Shown: positions 55,336 to 64,000 of the stretch, piece after piece
Layout of the letters: each line of letters begins with the position of its first letter
Numbering within the stretch: position 1 is the first letter of the stretch
Assembly: GCA_963422375.2 (NCBI GenBank)
Contig: OY729428.2
Location: 3,584,001 to 3,648,000 of the forward strand
Direction of reading: 5' to 3'
From: Bryobacterales bacterium
GTDB taxonomy: Bacteria; Acidobacteriota; Terriglobia; Bryobacterales; UBA6623
DNA: 64,000 nucleotides
The notes under the pieces: model-generated
What the model was told of the DNA's origin: nothing
What the model saw: only the letters and a program-made list of their open reading frames with translations
Databases searched by the model: none
Made by a program: the position numbers and the translations under genes

Positions 55336-56145
55336 ATGACACGCAAGTTCTCGGCATTCGCGGGGTACATTCTCCTCGCCGGTCTCTTCGCGGGCGTAAC
55401 GCAGGCAACGTCGGCCGAGTCGTCCGATGTTCTGGAGGGGCAGGATGCGCCACGAGCGACCGTCACGGTCCCGTCAGGCACGCGGGTCCCGCTAGTGATG
55501 ATCAACAGCGTGAGTTCGAAACACTCCCAAGCCGGCGATCCGGTCTACCTAGAGAGCGTGTATCCGGTCGTGGTGGACGGCCGGATTCTGATTCCGGCGG
55601 GCACGAACGTCTCCGGCACGGTGACTCGCACCAAGCGACCGGGCCGCATCAAGGGGCGAGGCCAACTGCTGGTCAGGATTGACCAGCTGATCCTTCCGAA
55701 CGGCGTGATCCGGGACCTGTCCGGACGTCCCGGCGCTCTCGACGGCCGGTCGCCGGACAGCCTGGACCGCGAGACCGGACAGGTCCAAGCGGAAGGCACG
55801 AAGGGCGAGGACGCGGAAGACATCATCACGGCCACCGCGCAAGGGGCGTCGATCGGCACGATCGCCGGCGCGGCCGCCGGCCGCGTCGGAAGCGGGCTCG
55901 GTATCGGCACGGCGATTGGCGCAGGGGCCGGCGTCGCGAAGGTGCTCCTGACGCGTGGAGCCGACGCGCTGCTCGACCGCGGAACTCACATCGAGATGTT
56001 CTTGGAGCGGGACCTGCACTTCGCGGAGGACGAAGTGCAATTCGACGGCACAGGCGACCGACCTGGTGCCGGGGCCGGCCCGGATCCCCAGCGCAACAGA
56101 CGACCGACCGGGCCCGCGAGAGGCCTCGGCCGCCTCCCGCTCTGA
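55336..56145 (+). CDS. Exported TrbI/VirB10-like protein with glycine zipper
   Basis: Signal peptide; VPSGTRVPL, IPAGTNVSGTV, PGRIKGR, GA.IG.IAG zipper, LLTRG. Confidence 0.7.
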   Translation: MTRKFSAFAGYILLAGLFAGVTQATSAESSDVLEGQDAPRATVTVPSGTRVPLVMINSVSSKHSQAGDPVYLESVYPVVVDGRILIPAGTNVSGTVTRTKRPGRIKGRGQLLVRIDQLILPNGVIRDLSGRPGALDGRSPDSLDRETGQVQAEGTKGEDAEDIITATAQGASIGTIAGAAAGRVGSGLGIGTAIGAGAGVAKVLLTRGADALLDRGTHIEMFLERDLHFAEDEVQFDGTGDRPGAGAGPDPQRNRRPTGPARGLGRLPL

Positions 56146-56182
56146 CGCAGCGGGGCGGCCCCGGAAGCGCAGCCAGCCGAAG

Positions 56183-56740
56183 CTACCCTTCGGTGTCCAT
56201 GAAGTGGTAGCAGACCATGTGGCACACGAAGAAATGCGCGTCCTCGACACGGCCCATGTGATCGTCGGCGACGTGGATGCTTAGGTCGACCCCGGGGCTC
56301 AGCCTTCCGCCGGTGATGCCGCTCAGACCGACGGTGTAGCAGCCGATCGATCTGGCGTAGCGGATCGCCCGGATCACGTTCTCCGAATTCCCGCTGCCGC
56401 TGATCGCGATGGCCACGTCCCCGGGCCGCGCGAAATTCCTGAGAGGCTCCACGAACACGCTCTCGTAGCCGACGTCGTTGGAGTAAGCGGTCATCGTCGG
56501 CACCTGCTCGCTGAGCGACAGGATCCTGAAGCGCTTCTCCCGCCCGTAGCTGGCGCCCTTCACGATGTCGCAGGCGAAGTGGTTCGCGGTGGCGGCGCTA
56601 CCCCCGTTGCCGAACACGAAGATCTGCCGGTCCTCTTCGCGCGCCCGGCGGAACACGTCGATCAGGGACTCCACCCGGTCTAGGTCAACCGTGTCGAGGG
56701 CGGCCAGCAGCCGCCGCTTGTATTCGTTCGCAAACGCCAT
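56183..56740 (-). CDS. SIS-domain phosphoheptose isomerase (GmhA-like)
   Basis: GNGGSAATANH, TAYSNDVGY, ISGSGNSENVI, GG, EDAH. Confidence 0.85.
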   Translation of the reverse strand: MAFANEYKRRLLAALDTVDLDRVESLIDVFRRAREEDRQIFVFGNGGSAATANHFACDIVKGASYGREKRFRILSLSEQVPTMTAYSNDVGYESVFVEPLRNFARPGDVAIAISGSGNSENVIRAIRYARSIGCYTVGLSGITGGRLSPGVDLSIHVADDHMGRVEDAHFFVCHMVCYHFMDTEG

Positions 56741-56743
56741 GAC

Positions 56744-57739
56744 TCACTCCCGACCAGCCGCCGATTCGGCGAGCGACAGCACCTCGCCGGGGCTCGCGGA
56801 CCCCGTTCCCGGCTTGCCTACCGTGACACCGGCCACGATTATCCCAAAGCGCAGCGCGTCCTCCGTCCCTGCCCCGGCCGCGAGCGCGAGTGCGAAGCCG
56901 GCCGCCAAGCTGTCTCCCGCGCCGCAGGTGTCGACCGGCTCGACGCCGGCGCAGGCTTCAAACAGGCGCGCACCCGCAGTGTCCACCAGCCAGGCGCCGC
57001 GCTCCCCCGCGGATACCACCAGAGCGGGCCCGCCGATCATCCGGCGCAGCCTCCGGTAGTCGACCGAGCCGAATTCGCTCACGCAGGCGGCCTCGGCCTC
57101 GGCCTGATTCGGCGCGGCGACCACGCCCCGGAAATGCCGCACGCGGCGCCGGGAGTCGGCGACGAAGACCCGCCGGGGACTCGCAGCGGCCTCCCGCGCG
57201 ATGGCATCGCGCAAGCGCGGCGTCACGACGCCGCCGCGGTCGGTCTCGGCCTGGTCGGCCACGACGACGCCGTCGAACGAGCCGACCACCTGCCGGAACG
57301 CATCGAGCACGCGCTCCTCGGTCTCCCGCCGGGGCGCGCGGGAGTTCACGAAGTCGACTCGCGGGAGGTCCTCCGCGCCGGTCCGGAGGTTGATCAGCTT
57401 CGTGTAAGTGAACGTCTGCACGGCGTCGGCTTCGACCAGCAAGTCGCTCTCGATGCCGCGCACGGACAGGGCTCCGCGCAGCTCGCCGGCGTGACCGTCG
57501 CGCCCGGTCACGCCCAGCACGCTCACGCGGCCCGCGCCCAGCCGGGCCAGGTTCGCGGCGACGGTCCCTCCCGCACCGGGAGTGACCTCGGTTCCGGTGA
57601 CCGCGATTCTCGGGATTCCCGTCTCTCGGGACTCCTCGGCGAGAGACGGGTCGTAGCGGCACCAACGGTCGAGGCAGATGTCCCCGACGACCAGCAGGCT
57701 GGCGCCTGCGGCCCGGCCGAGGATCTCGGCGCAGGTCAT
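56744..57739 (-). CDS. PfkB-family kinase (HldE/RfaE kinase-like)
   Basis: VVGDICLD, PGAGGTVA.NL, PNQAEA, DTCGAGDS. Confidence 0.88.
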   Translation of the reverse strand: MTCAEILGRAAGASLLVVGDICLDRWCRYDPSLAEESRETGIPRIAVTGTEVTPGAGGTVAANLARLGAGRVSVLGVTGRDGHAGELRGALSVRGIESDLLVEADAVQTFTYTKLINLRTGAEDLPRVDFVNSRAPRRETEERVLDAFRQVVGSFDGVVVADQAETDRGGVVTPRLRDAIAREAAASPRRVFVADSRRRVRHFRGVVAAPNQAEAEAACVSEFGSVDYRRLRRMIGGPALVVSAGERGAWLVDTAGARLFEACAGVEPVDTCGAGDSLAAGFALALAAGAGTEDALRFGIIVAGVTVGKPGTGSASPGEVLSLAESAAGRE

Positions 57740-58740
57740 GCCGGGGAGCTTGCGGAGCTCTCCATCACCGCCCGCCGCAGGGCGGGAACGGTTACGCGGT
57801 GGTCGCCGCAGACGTACAGGCTTCGGCCGCCGTCGGCCACCGTGCGCACCAGGATCGTCTTGTGGGGCCGGAAGTAGTAGCCCGGGTCGCTCTTCGGCAG
57901 CTCGCTATGCACCTCACCTTGGATGGGGACCAGATCGAACACTGCCGTGACGAAGTCCGCGATCCTGCGATCCTCCTGGCGGGCGACATTGCGCGCCATC
58001 GAGAGAGCCTTCAGGTAGACCTCGGGCCCCATGATCGCCGAGCCGAGGCTAACCATGACGCCTCCCTCGAGATCCTCGACGGTCCTGGCGTAGATCAGAA
58101 AGTCCCTGTAGCTGCCCGCGCCGTAGGAGGCGCCATCGCAGTTCGGGTGCTCGTGGGTGATGTCGTAGCCGATGCCGACATGGAGGGTGGCGGGAATCCC
58201 GAGCTCGTAGGCGGCGGCAAGGATGCTGACGTCTCGGTGAGGGAAGCTCTCCTCCAGAATCCTGCGGCCGAAATTCTCCCCCAAGCCGAGGCCCCGCCGG
58301 GCCGCGTCGACGGCCCAGTCGTTGAGAATGCCAGTGTCGTCCCACAGCCCGAACTCGCCCGTGCGAATGTAGCGGGCGACGCTCTCGGTCGTCGCGCCGA
58401 TGCGAGCCAGCTCGAAGTCGTGGATGGCCCCGGCACCGTTCATGGCCACGTGGGTGAAGGCACCGCGCCCGAGCAGGTCGATCACCTGGCGCGACACGCC
58501 GGACTTGATGACGTGGGCACCCATCATCAGAATGCGCGCGCTCGCGCCGCCCGGGAGGAGGAGGGGAGCGATGACATCCAAAGACTCGCGTAAGCCCGGC
58601 CCGGCCTCTTCGACCTGCTCGTCCAGGCGCAGGAGATAGCCCAGATCCATGTCGTGGGCGCGTTCCGCCAGCGGGCGGACGCGCAGCCGGGAGCGGTCGA
58701 AGACCGGGTACTTGGATGGCATTAGCGCTGCTCTCTTCAC
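57736..58740 (-). CDS. Uncharacterised protein, deoxyhypusine-synthase-like
   Basis: 'ILMMGAHVIK', NGAGAIHDFE, SILAAAY..GIP.T.H..IG.DI.H, GSA..GPEV.LKA; start may be 58722. Confidence 0.65.
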   Translation of the reverse strand: MKRAALMPSKYPVFDRSRLRVRPLAERAHDMDLGYLLRLDEQVEEAGPGLRESLDVIAPLLLPGGASARILMMGAHVIKSGVSRQVIDLLGRGAFTHVAMNGAGAIHDFELARIGATTESVARYIRTGEFGLWDDTGILNDWAVDAARRGLGLGENFGRRILEESFPHRDVSILAAAYELGIPATLHVGIGYDITHEHPNCDGASYGAGSYRDFLIYARTVEDLEGGVMVSLGSAIMGPEVYLKALSMARNVARQEDRRIADFVTAVFDLVPIQGEVHSELPKSDPGYYFRPHKTILVRTVADGGRSLYVCGDHRVTVPALRRAVMESSASSPA

Positions 58741-58750
58741 CGCCCCGCGG

Positions 58751-59572
58751 TCAGCGCGGCCCGAACATGGCCGCCATGAGCTCGTCGTGCGCGTTGAAGT
58801 TGGGGGCTATCCAATCGGCGCCGACGCCGACCAGCCGGCCACGCTTCACCGGATCGACCTCGACGCAGTCGGGCTCGTCGGTAGCGAGGCCGACCGCGTG
58901 CCCGCCCACAGTCTTGACGGCCTCGATTTCGACGAATCCGTCGCCGAAGCCGAGAAACTCGCTGCCGTCGAAGTCGCTCTCGCGGATGATGCGCTCCACA
59001 AGGATCTTCTTGGAAAAGTTCTCGTAGTCGTCCAGCGCACCGTACATGCCCCCATGGAAGTACGAATCGATCCGGAGCAGCCGGGCTTCCTCGCGCATGA
59101 ACGGCTGATCCGTGCCACTGGCCAGGAACAGCGTCATGCCGCGCTCCGACAGCGAGTCGAGGATCCGGCGCGCTCCGGGCACCATCAATTCGTCGGGATC
59201 GGTCGTTCCGGAGCGCAGCGCCTCGCGACGATGCCGGATCCTGTCCATGAGGAGGTCTAGGTAGGTGTGCTTGTACTCCAGCGGCTCGCTAGGCGTCCCG
59301 CCGCGCGCCCGGATCTGGTCGGCGAACTCGATCATCTGGTAGATCGTCTGGCGGCCCGTCAGTCGGCCGACGTACTCCTCGACTATGACGGTGAGGTCGT
59401 CCTCGGATTCGCCGGTGCCGAGCCCTGCCAAGACCTCGACCATCATCGGGACCATGACCTCGAACCAGCCGGCTCGAATCAGCGACAGCGTGCCGTCGAA
59501 GTCGAACAGCCCGACCTTGGCGCCGGCGGCGCTGGCACCCGAGTTGACGATTTCCAAGGGGCGAATCGGCAA
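58751..59572 (-). CDS. HAD-family hydrolase
   Basis: FDFDGTLSLIR, LASGT, K, GDGFVE. Confidence 0.85.
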   Translation of the reverse strand: MPIRPLEIVNSGASAAGAKVGLFDFDGTLSLIRAGWFEVMVPMMVEVLAGLGTGESEDDLTVIVEEYVGRLTGRQTIYQMIEFADQIRARGGTPSEPLEYKHTYLDLLMDRIRHRREALRSGTTDPDELMVPGARRILDSLSERGMTLFLASGTDQPFMREEARLLRIDSYFHGGMYGALDDYENFSKKILVERIIRESDFDGSEFLGFGDGFVEIEAVKTVGGHAVGLATDEPDCVEVDPVKRGRLVGVGADWIAPNFNAHDELMAAMFGPR

Positions 59573-60845
59573 CTCTCAGTGTTGCAAACATCCGGAGAAC
59601 GGTCCGGCGCGACGCACGGGTGTGTAGGCTCCGATCAGCGAGGACACCCGAACGGCATCGACCGGAACGCGCCGCTTCGCACTTGCCGCGCCCGGATCGC
59701 CAGATCTCGGATGGGCAAGTTGCCCCGCCCCCTGCGGCGACCCATTGCGCAGGCGTTTCGCGCCCGGTCTCGGTCTGCGCACGCACGCAGCCGCCCGGAG
59801 GGCCTTTCTCATCGACGCGGACGCCGCCGGTCAGGCCGTGGCATCAGGACGTTGAGCGGGTGGATTCTTCATGCATCATCGATTCACGCAGCCTGTCGAA
59901 GAGCGCACCGCGCCGGTCGGATTCGTGCGCCGTCTGCCGGTGCATCTGGTGTATCGTCTCGTATGCGGCAACCAACTCCCGGGCGGTCACGAAGCCGAGA
60001 GCGAAGTCAATCGGACGTACCGACCCTTGAACGAGTCCCGGCCAGATCAATGCGACCGATCAACCGGCCACTTGCGAGGTGTGCCAATCTCTCCTCGCGT
60101 GGGTTTGCAGCAGAAAGCTCACCAGCCAGATGTAATGCAGTCACTGATTCAATCATAGAGAACACCTTCCGATGTTCTTGAAGCCAATCCTATCCGCCTT
60201 TCGAGTGCTTCGCCATGTCGCAAGTTAGACTGTTGCCAAATGGATCTGGAGTGTTCGTTCAGGCCATCGTGACGAATTTCAATCGAAGAATAGGTTCTGA
60301 ACTCCTTGAACATCGACATACCGCTCAAGTATTCGCTTATCTCTCCGCCACAACCGTCGGACATCTAGACAGGTCCGTAACGGTAGATTCTAATCGTCCG
60401 CCGGAGACGGCGGATCCCGCAGAGTCCCGCACTTCGGCCGCAGGGACAACCGACGCGGTACGCTGCCATAGCGCGGCACCTGCCGTTTCGGCCGCGCCGG
60501 ATGGACGTCAGTCCCTGTACGCAATTGGATCAGGCTGGACTCCCCCGCAACTGTCGGCCGCCTCCATGAACGACTGTGCGCGGAACGCTGGTACTGGCGG
60601 AGGCTAGGCCAACCGGAGCCCATGCGATGCGGACGCCATTCCCGCACGCCTTGAGTCTGTAGGGCGGCAGCGGGCCTTTGGCAACCCCGTCAGGGCCCCG
60701 GCCGCGCTCGGACCGCTCTCCGAGCCGACCGGGTCGCCCGAGCAGGGTGGCGGGTGCCAGCCCCCGGGCCCGTCGCGCCGGGGAGGCCCCTGCGCACGCA
60801 TCCGCTATACCGTGCTAGCATCCAAGCGACGCGTCGACAGGTCGC

Positions 60846-61772
60846 ATGCCGGGCAAGCAGACAGACCAATTCGTCGCACCTGACGCCGACCTCGGGCACT
60901 CCTCGCCGGCGGGCTCGCCCGCTCCCGAGTCAAGCGAGCCGGAAACTGCGGCAGGCGAGGTGGAGTACCCCTGCTGGGACGGTCGTCCGATAGCGGACAA
61001 CATGTACCAGGAGGTGGCGAATAGCCATGCCACGATCATGCTGACGCACCACCTCCGCAGGCGCAAGGACGTGCTGGTGGCCAACAACCTGCTGGTGTAC
61101 TACGTGGAGAACGATCCCACTAAGAGGGTCGTGCCGGACGTGATGGTGGCGCTGGGCGTCCGCGGAGGCCATCGCATGTCGTACCTCGTGTGGGAGGAGG
61201 GCAAGGCCCCGGACTTCGTCCTGGAAGTTGCCTCGCCCCTCACCGTCGAGGAGGACCTGAAGGAAAAGCCGCCGCTCTACGCGCGTCTGGGCGTGCGCGA
61301 ATTCTTCCGCTACGACCCGATAGGCAATTTGCTGCCGGTGCGTCTTTATGGCGCCCGCCTAGTGGGCGGCCGCTTCAACCCGCTGCGGGCCGAGCGGCTT
61401 CCCGGCGCTGGGCTGTCCATCCACAGCGAGGTGCTCGGATTGGACTTGCGGTTCGACGAGGCCGGGGAGAGACTGCGCATGTGGGATCCGGTCGAGAGGG
61501 AATACTTGCTCACGCCGAAGGAGACGCGCGCTGAGACCGTGCGGCTGCAGCGAGAGACAGCGCGACTGCGGCGAGAGAGATTACGAATCCAAGACGAGAC
61601 AGTGCGACTGCGGCACGAGACCGCGCGGGCGCGTGCCGAGACGGCGGGGCTCGAGGACGAGGCAGCGGGTGCGCGCAAGGAGACCGAACAACGGCAGAGG
61701 GAGACCCATGGGCAGTGCAATGCCTCCAACGCCCGCGTGGTGTTGGACGAGGAGCTACGACGGTCACAATAG
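60846..61772 (+). CDS. Uma2 (DUF820) family endonuclease-like protein with coiled-coil tail
   Basis: VVPDVMV, WEEGKAPDFVLEVAS, K..LYARLGVREFF.YDP. Confidence 0.88.
   Translation: MPGKQTDQFVAPDADLGHSSPAGSPAPESSEPETAAGEVEYPCWDGRPIADNMYQEVANSHATIMLTHHLRRRKDVLVANNLLVYYVENDPTKRVVPDVMVALGVRGGHRMSYLVWEEGKAPDFVLEVASPLTVEEDLKEKPPLYARLGVREFFRYDPIGNLLPVRLYGARLVGGRFNPLRAERLPGAGLSIHSEVLGLDLRFDEAGERLRMWDPVEREYLLTPKETRAETVRLQRETARLRRERLRIQDETVRLRHETARARAETAGLEDEAAGARKETEQRQRETHGQCNASNARVVLDEELRRSQ
61533..61700 (+). repeat. Degenerate 21-bp (heptad) coding repeat, about 8 units
   Basis: Units begin GAG(AC) and encode ETVRLQR/ETARLRR/ERLRIQD/ETVRLRH and similar. Confidence 0.75.
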
Positions 61773-62464
61773 GGTGTGTGGCATCAGCTGAGGCCCGTGC
61801 ATCAAGCGGTCTGCGCGTCCAGGTCAGCCAAGTCGCACCAGCGACCTCTTGTGCCGTCGTTCACGGCATTGGGCCGGTGATCTGTCAATCAACGGCCGGA
61901 TGTGTCTGGTGTTAGGGCGCGAGCGGGCGGCGCGGGGACCTTGGCGCAGAGCCGCTCTTGGCCCGCTGATTCCGTCGCTGTGAGACGCGCGCCTCGACAC
62001 GCACGTCGCCGCCTGCAAGCCCCTGCGCTCTGGTACGCCGAGAGGTGCCCGGACGCCGTCGGCCGATGATCGTGACCGGGCTAGTACGGGGCAGCTCCGC
62101 AGTGGCATTCGATTTGCGGAGAGAGGCATTCGTCTTGCGTGGACAGGCACCGTGAGGGAGTCTTGTGCCGTCTTTCGTTGTCCACACCTGGCAGCCCTTG
62201 CTCAAATCAGCCTTGCGGGAGATCCACTTGATGGCCGGCTTGTGCGATGGCCGGTCGTAGGCGGAGAGGGGGCGAGGTTGCGACCGACCGACCGTCTCCT
62301 CGACCATGCTCTCCCTCGAGCGCGCTCCCCCGTTGGCGGGAACGCGTCACCCATCGCGTACGCTCGATATGCTGGAGTGTTCGGTGCGTCACAGATTCAC
62401 TCTCTGACTACGAGAGCAACACGGAACGGGTCACGACCTTCCAATCAACTGCACGGGCGTTACC

Positions 62465-63628
62465 TCAGGTTGGATCGGCCCCCTCGCTCAATAGCGACAA
62501 ATACCTCTCGTAAGCGAAGACTCGACCGCGCCTACGCCCGGAGATCTCTCGAGCAATATTGCGTTCGACAAGCATTCTCATCGCAGCGGACGCGGCTGGA
62601 AATGACAGGCCGGTACCGCGGCAAGCAGCGGAAAGGGATAGGATCGGACGCTTCACGAGCGCCTCATGCACGCGTAGCGACGAACCGGCCAGTCGCCCCA
62701 CGCCCTGTAGAATCTTGCGATCAGCCTGAGACATCTCCGACAAGCGCCGATACGCTACAAGCGCCTCTTCGGAAGTGGTCTGCACGCCTGTCAGAAAGAA
62801 CTTGAGCCAAGTCTCCCAGTCCCCGACCTTGCGCACATGATCCAAGAGAAAATAGTAGTCGTTCCTGCGCTGCTTGAGGTAGAGACTCAAGTAGAGAAGC
62901 GGATACCGCAGCGCGCCGGAACGAAGGAGTATCAAGGGCACCAGCATTCTCCCCACGCGCCCGTTTCCGTCGAGGAACGGGTGGATTGACTCGAACTGCA
63001 CATGGGCTAGCCCGGCCCGGACAAGTGCCGGAAGGCCATCATCCTCGGCATGGAGAAACTCCTCCAGCGCCATCATGCAACCGGGCACCCTGCGGTGCGG
63101 AGGAGGAACATAGGATGCGTCGTCTGGCCCGGAGCCGCCAATCCAGTTCTGGCGGTCGCGGAATCGACCGGGCGACATGGCGCCACCCCGGCCGCGCGCG
63201 AGGAGCACTCCGTGGATTTCGCGGATCAGGTCGCAGGTCACTACGCTGCCCGCTCGGAGGGCGGCCGAGCCGCGCTCGAGCGCCGCGACGTAGTTGGAGA
63301 CCTCGACGACGTCGTCAATCGGAAGCCCAAGGGCCTCATCCAGCTCGTACAGCAGCAGATCCGAGAGCGACGACTGCGTGCCCTCGATCTGCGACGAGAG
63401 CACCGCCTCCTTGCGCACGTAGGAATAGAGGAAAATCGCCGAGTCGGGCAGCTGGTCGGAAACTCCGTCCAAGCGCCCCAAGGCGAGAGTCGCTCGTTCG
63501 AGCAGCTGCTGGAGCGAGCCGTCGAGCTGCAGTTCCGGCCGCGGAGGCAGCGGCGCGGGCACGAAGGCTCGCCCGCTCACGCCTCCCACACTGACGCGGA
63601 GGCGCCTGCCGACATTCGTACGGAGCAC
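62465..63628 (-). CDS. Fic family protein with C-terminal HTH
   Basis: AFVPAPLPP, EAVLSSQIEGT, HPFLDGNGRVGR, C-terminal winged helix. Confidence 0.93.
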   Translation of the reverse strand: MLRTNVGRRLRVSVGGVSGRAFVPAPLPPRPELQLDGSLQQLLERATLALGRLDGVSDQLPDSAIFLYSYVRKEAVLSSQIEGTQSSLSDLLLYELDEALGLPIDDVVEVSNYVAALERGSAALRAGSVVTCDLIREIHGVLLARGRGGAMSPGRFRDRQNWIGGSGPDDASYVPPPHRRVPGCMMALEEFLHAEDDGLPALVRAGLAHVQFESIHPFLDGNGRVGRMLVPLILLRSGALRYPLLYLSLYLKQRRNDYYFLLDHVRKVGDWETWLKFFLTGVQTTSEEALVAYRRLSEMSQADRKILQGVGRLAGSSLRVHEALVKRPILSLSAACRGTGLSFPAASAAMRMLVERNIAREISGRRRGRVFAYERYLSLLSEGADPT

Positions 63629-63636
63629 CGGTTTGC

Positions 63637-63697
63637 CTATTCAGCGTAGCTTAATAGCGAGCGCCTCTATTAAGCGTTTGAGTCGAACGCTTAATAG
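63637..63697. promoter_or_regulatory. Four alternating CTATTAAGC half-sites upstream of fic
   Basis: CTATTCAGC, GCTTAATAG, CTATTAAGCGTT and AACGCTTAATAG; the last two form a perfect 12-bp-arm inverted repeat. Confidence 0.6.
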
Positions 63698-64000
63698 GGA
63701 TGCATGGTCGACGGTCACGGCGGGATGCCAAGCACCGTGGCCGGTCGTCGCGGTGATGGTCGACATGCCTCACGAGACCGCGCGAAGCGCTGCGTCACTT
63801 CTCCACGCCGCGCCCGTGCCAGTGGCGGCCTCGCTCTCGTCGGGAGCGGGTTGCGCGGCTCCCGGCGGGCGCGCCGCGAGGGCGCAAGCGCGCGCCGACC
63901 GGATCTCTGCGCCTTCGAGCGGGGCCGCTTGACGGTTGCACCCTTGCATCGCTAGGCTACAGTTTCGAGGGACCAACTTCGCATGGCCAAGGAACTGCGC

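Noticed and set aside
63929..64000. Promoter (TTGACG...TAGGCT) and gene start at 63983
   Set aside because: Only six codons are visible at the window edge, so it cannot be supported.

Overview
GC-rich bacterial chromosome segment, most consistent with an Acidobacterium (Bryobacterales-like; inferred from the carboxypeptidase-domain TonB receptor, the planctomycete-type cytochrome c/DUF1501 pairs and the stand-alone VirB10-like proteins). In order it holds: the end of a cytochrome c maturation operon (ccmF-ccmH-ccmI-like-membrane protein-ccmA-ccmB); housekeeping genes (Gfo/Idh/MocA oxidoreductase, acetoacetyl-CoA synthetase, yggX, macrodomain); a ~12-kb mobile-element graveyard (TnpB remnant, IS-disrupted TonB receptor pseudogene, two ISNCY-like elements with 9-bp TSDs, nested IS1595 elements, a 255-bp TATATA-targeting MITE, IS21 and IS110 remnants); a DtxR-box-controlled operon (DtxR, membrane-anchored DtxR-FeoA-FeoA, split FeoB, PaaK-like ligase, sulfatase); an ECF sigma/anti-sigma/RDD unit; three DUF1501 loci, two paired with PSCyt/DUF1549/DUF1553 cytochromes; glcF-like, bfr and tlpA-like genes; a tandem PTPS pair (one Cys->Glu) with folE; a PQQ dehydrogenase; a HAD/DHS-like/PfkB/SIS sugar-phosphate operon; Uma2 and Fic genes. 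No rRNA, tRNA or CRISPR array was seen. All family assignments come from motif recognition by eye; no database search was run.
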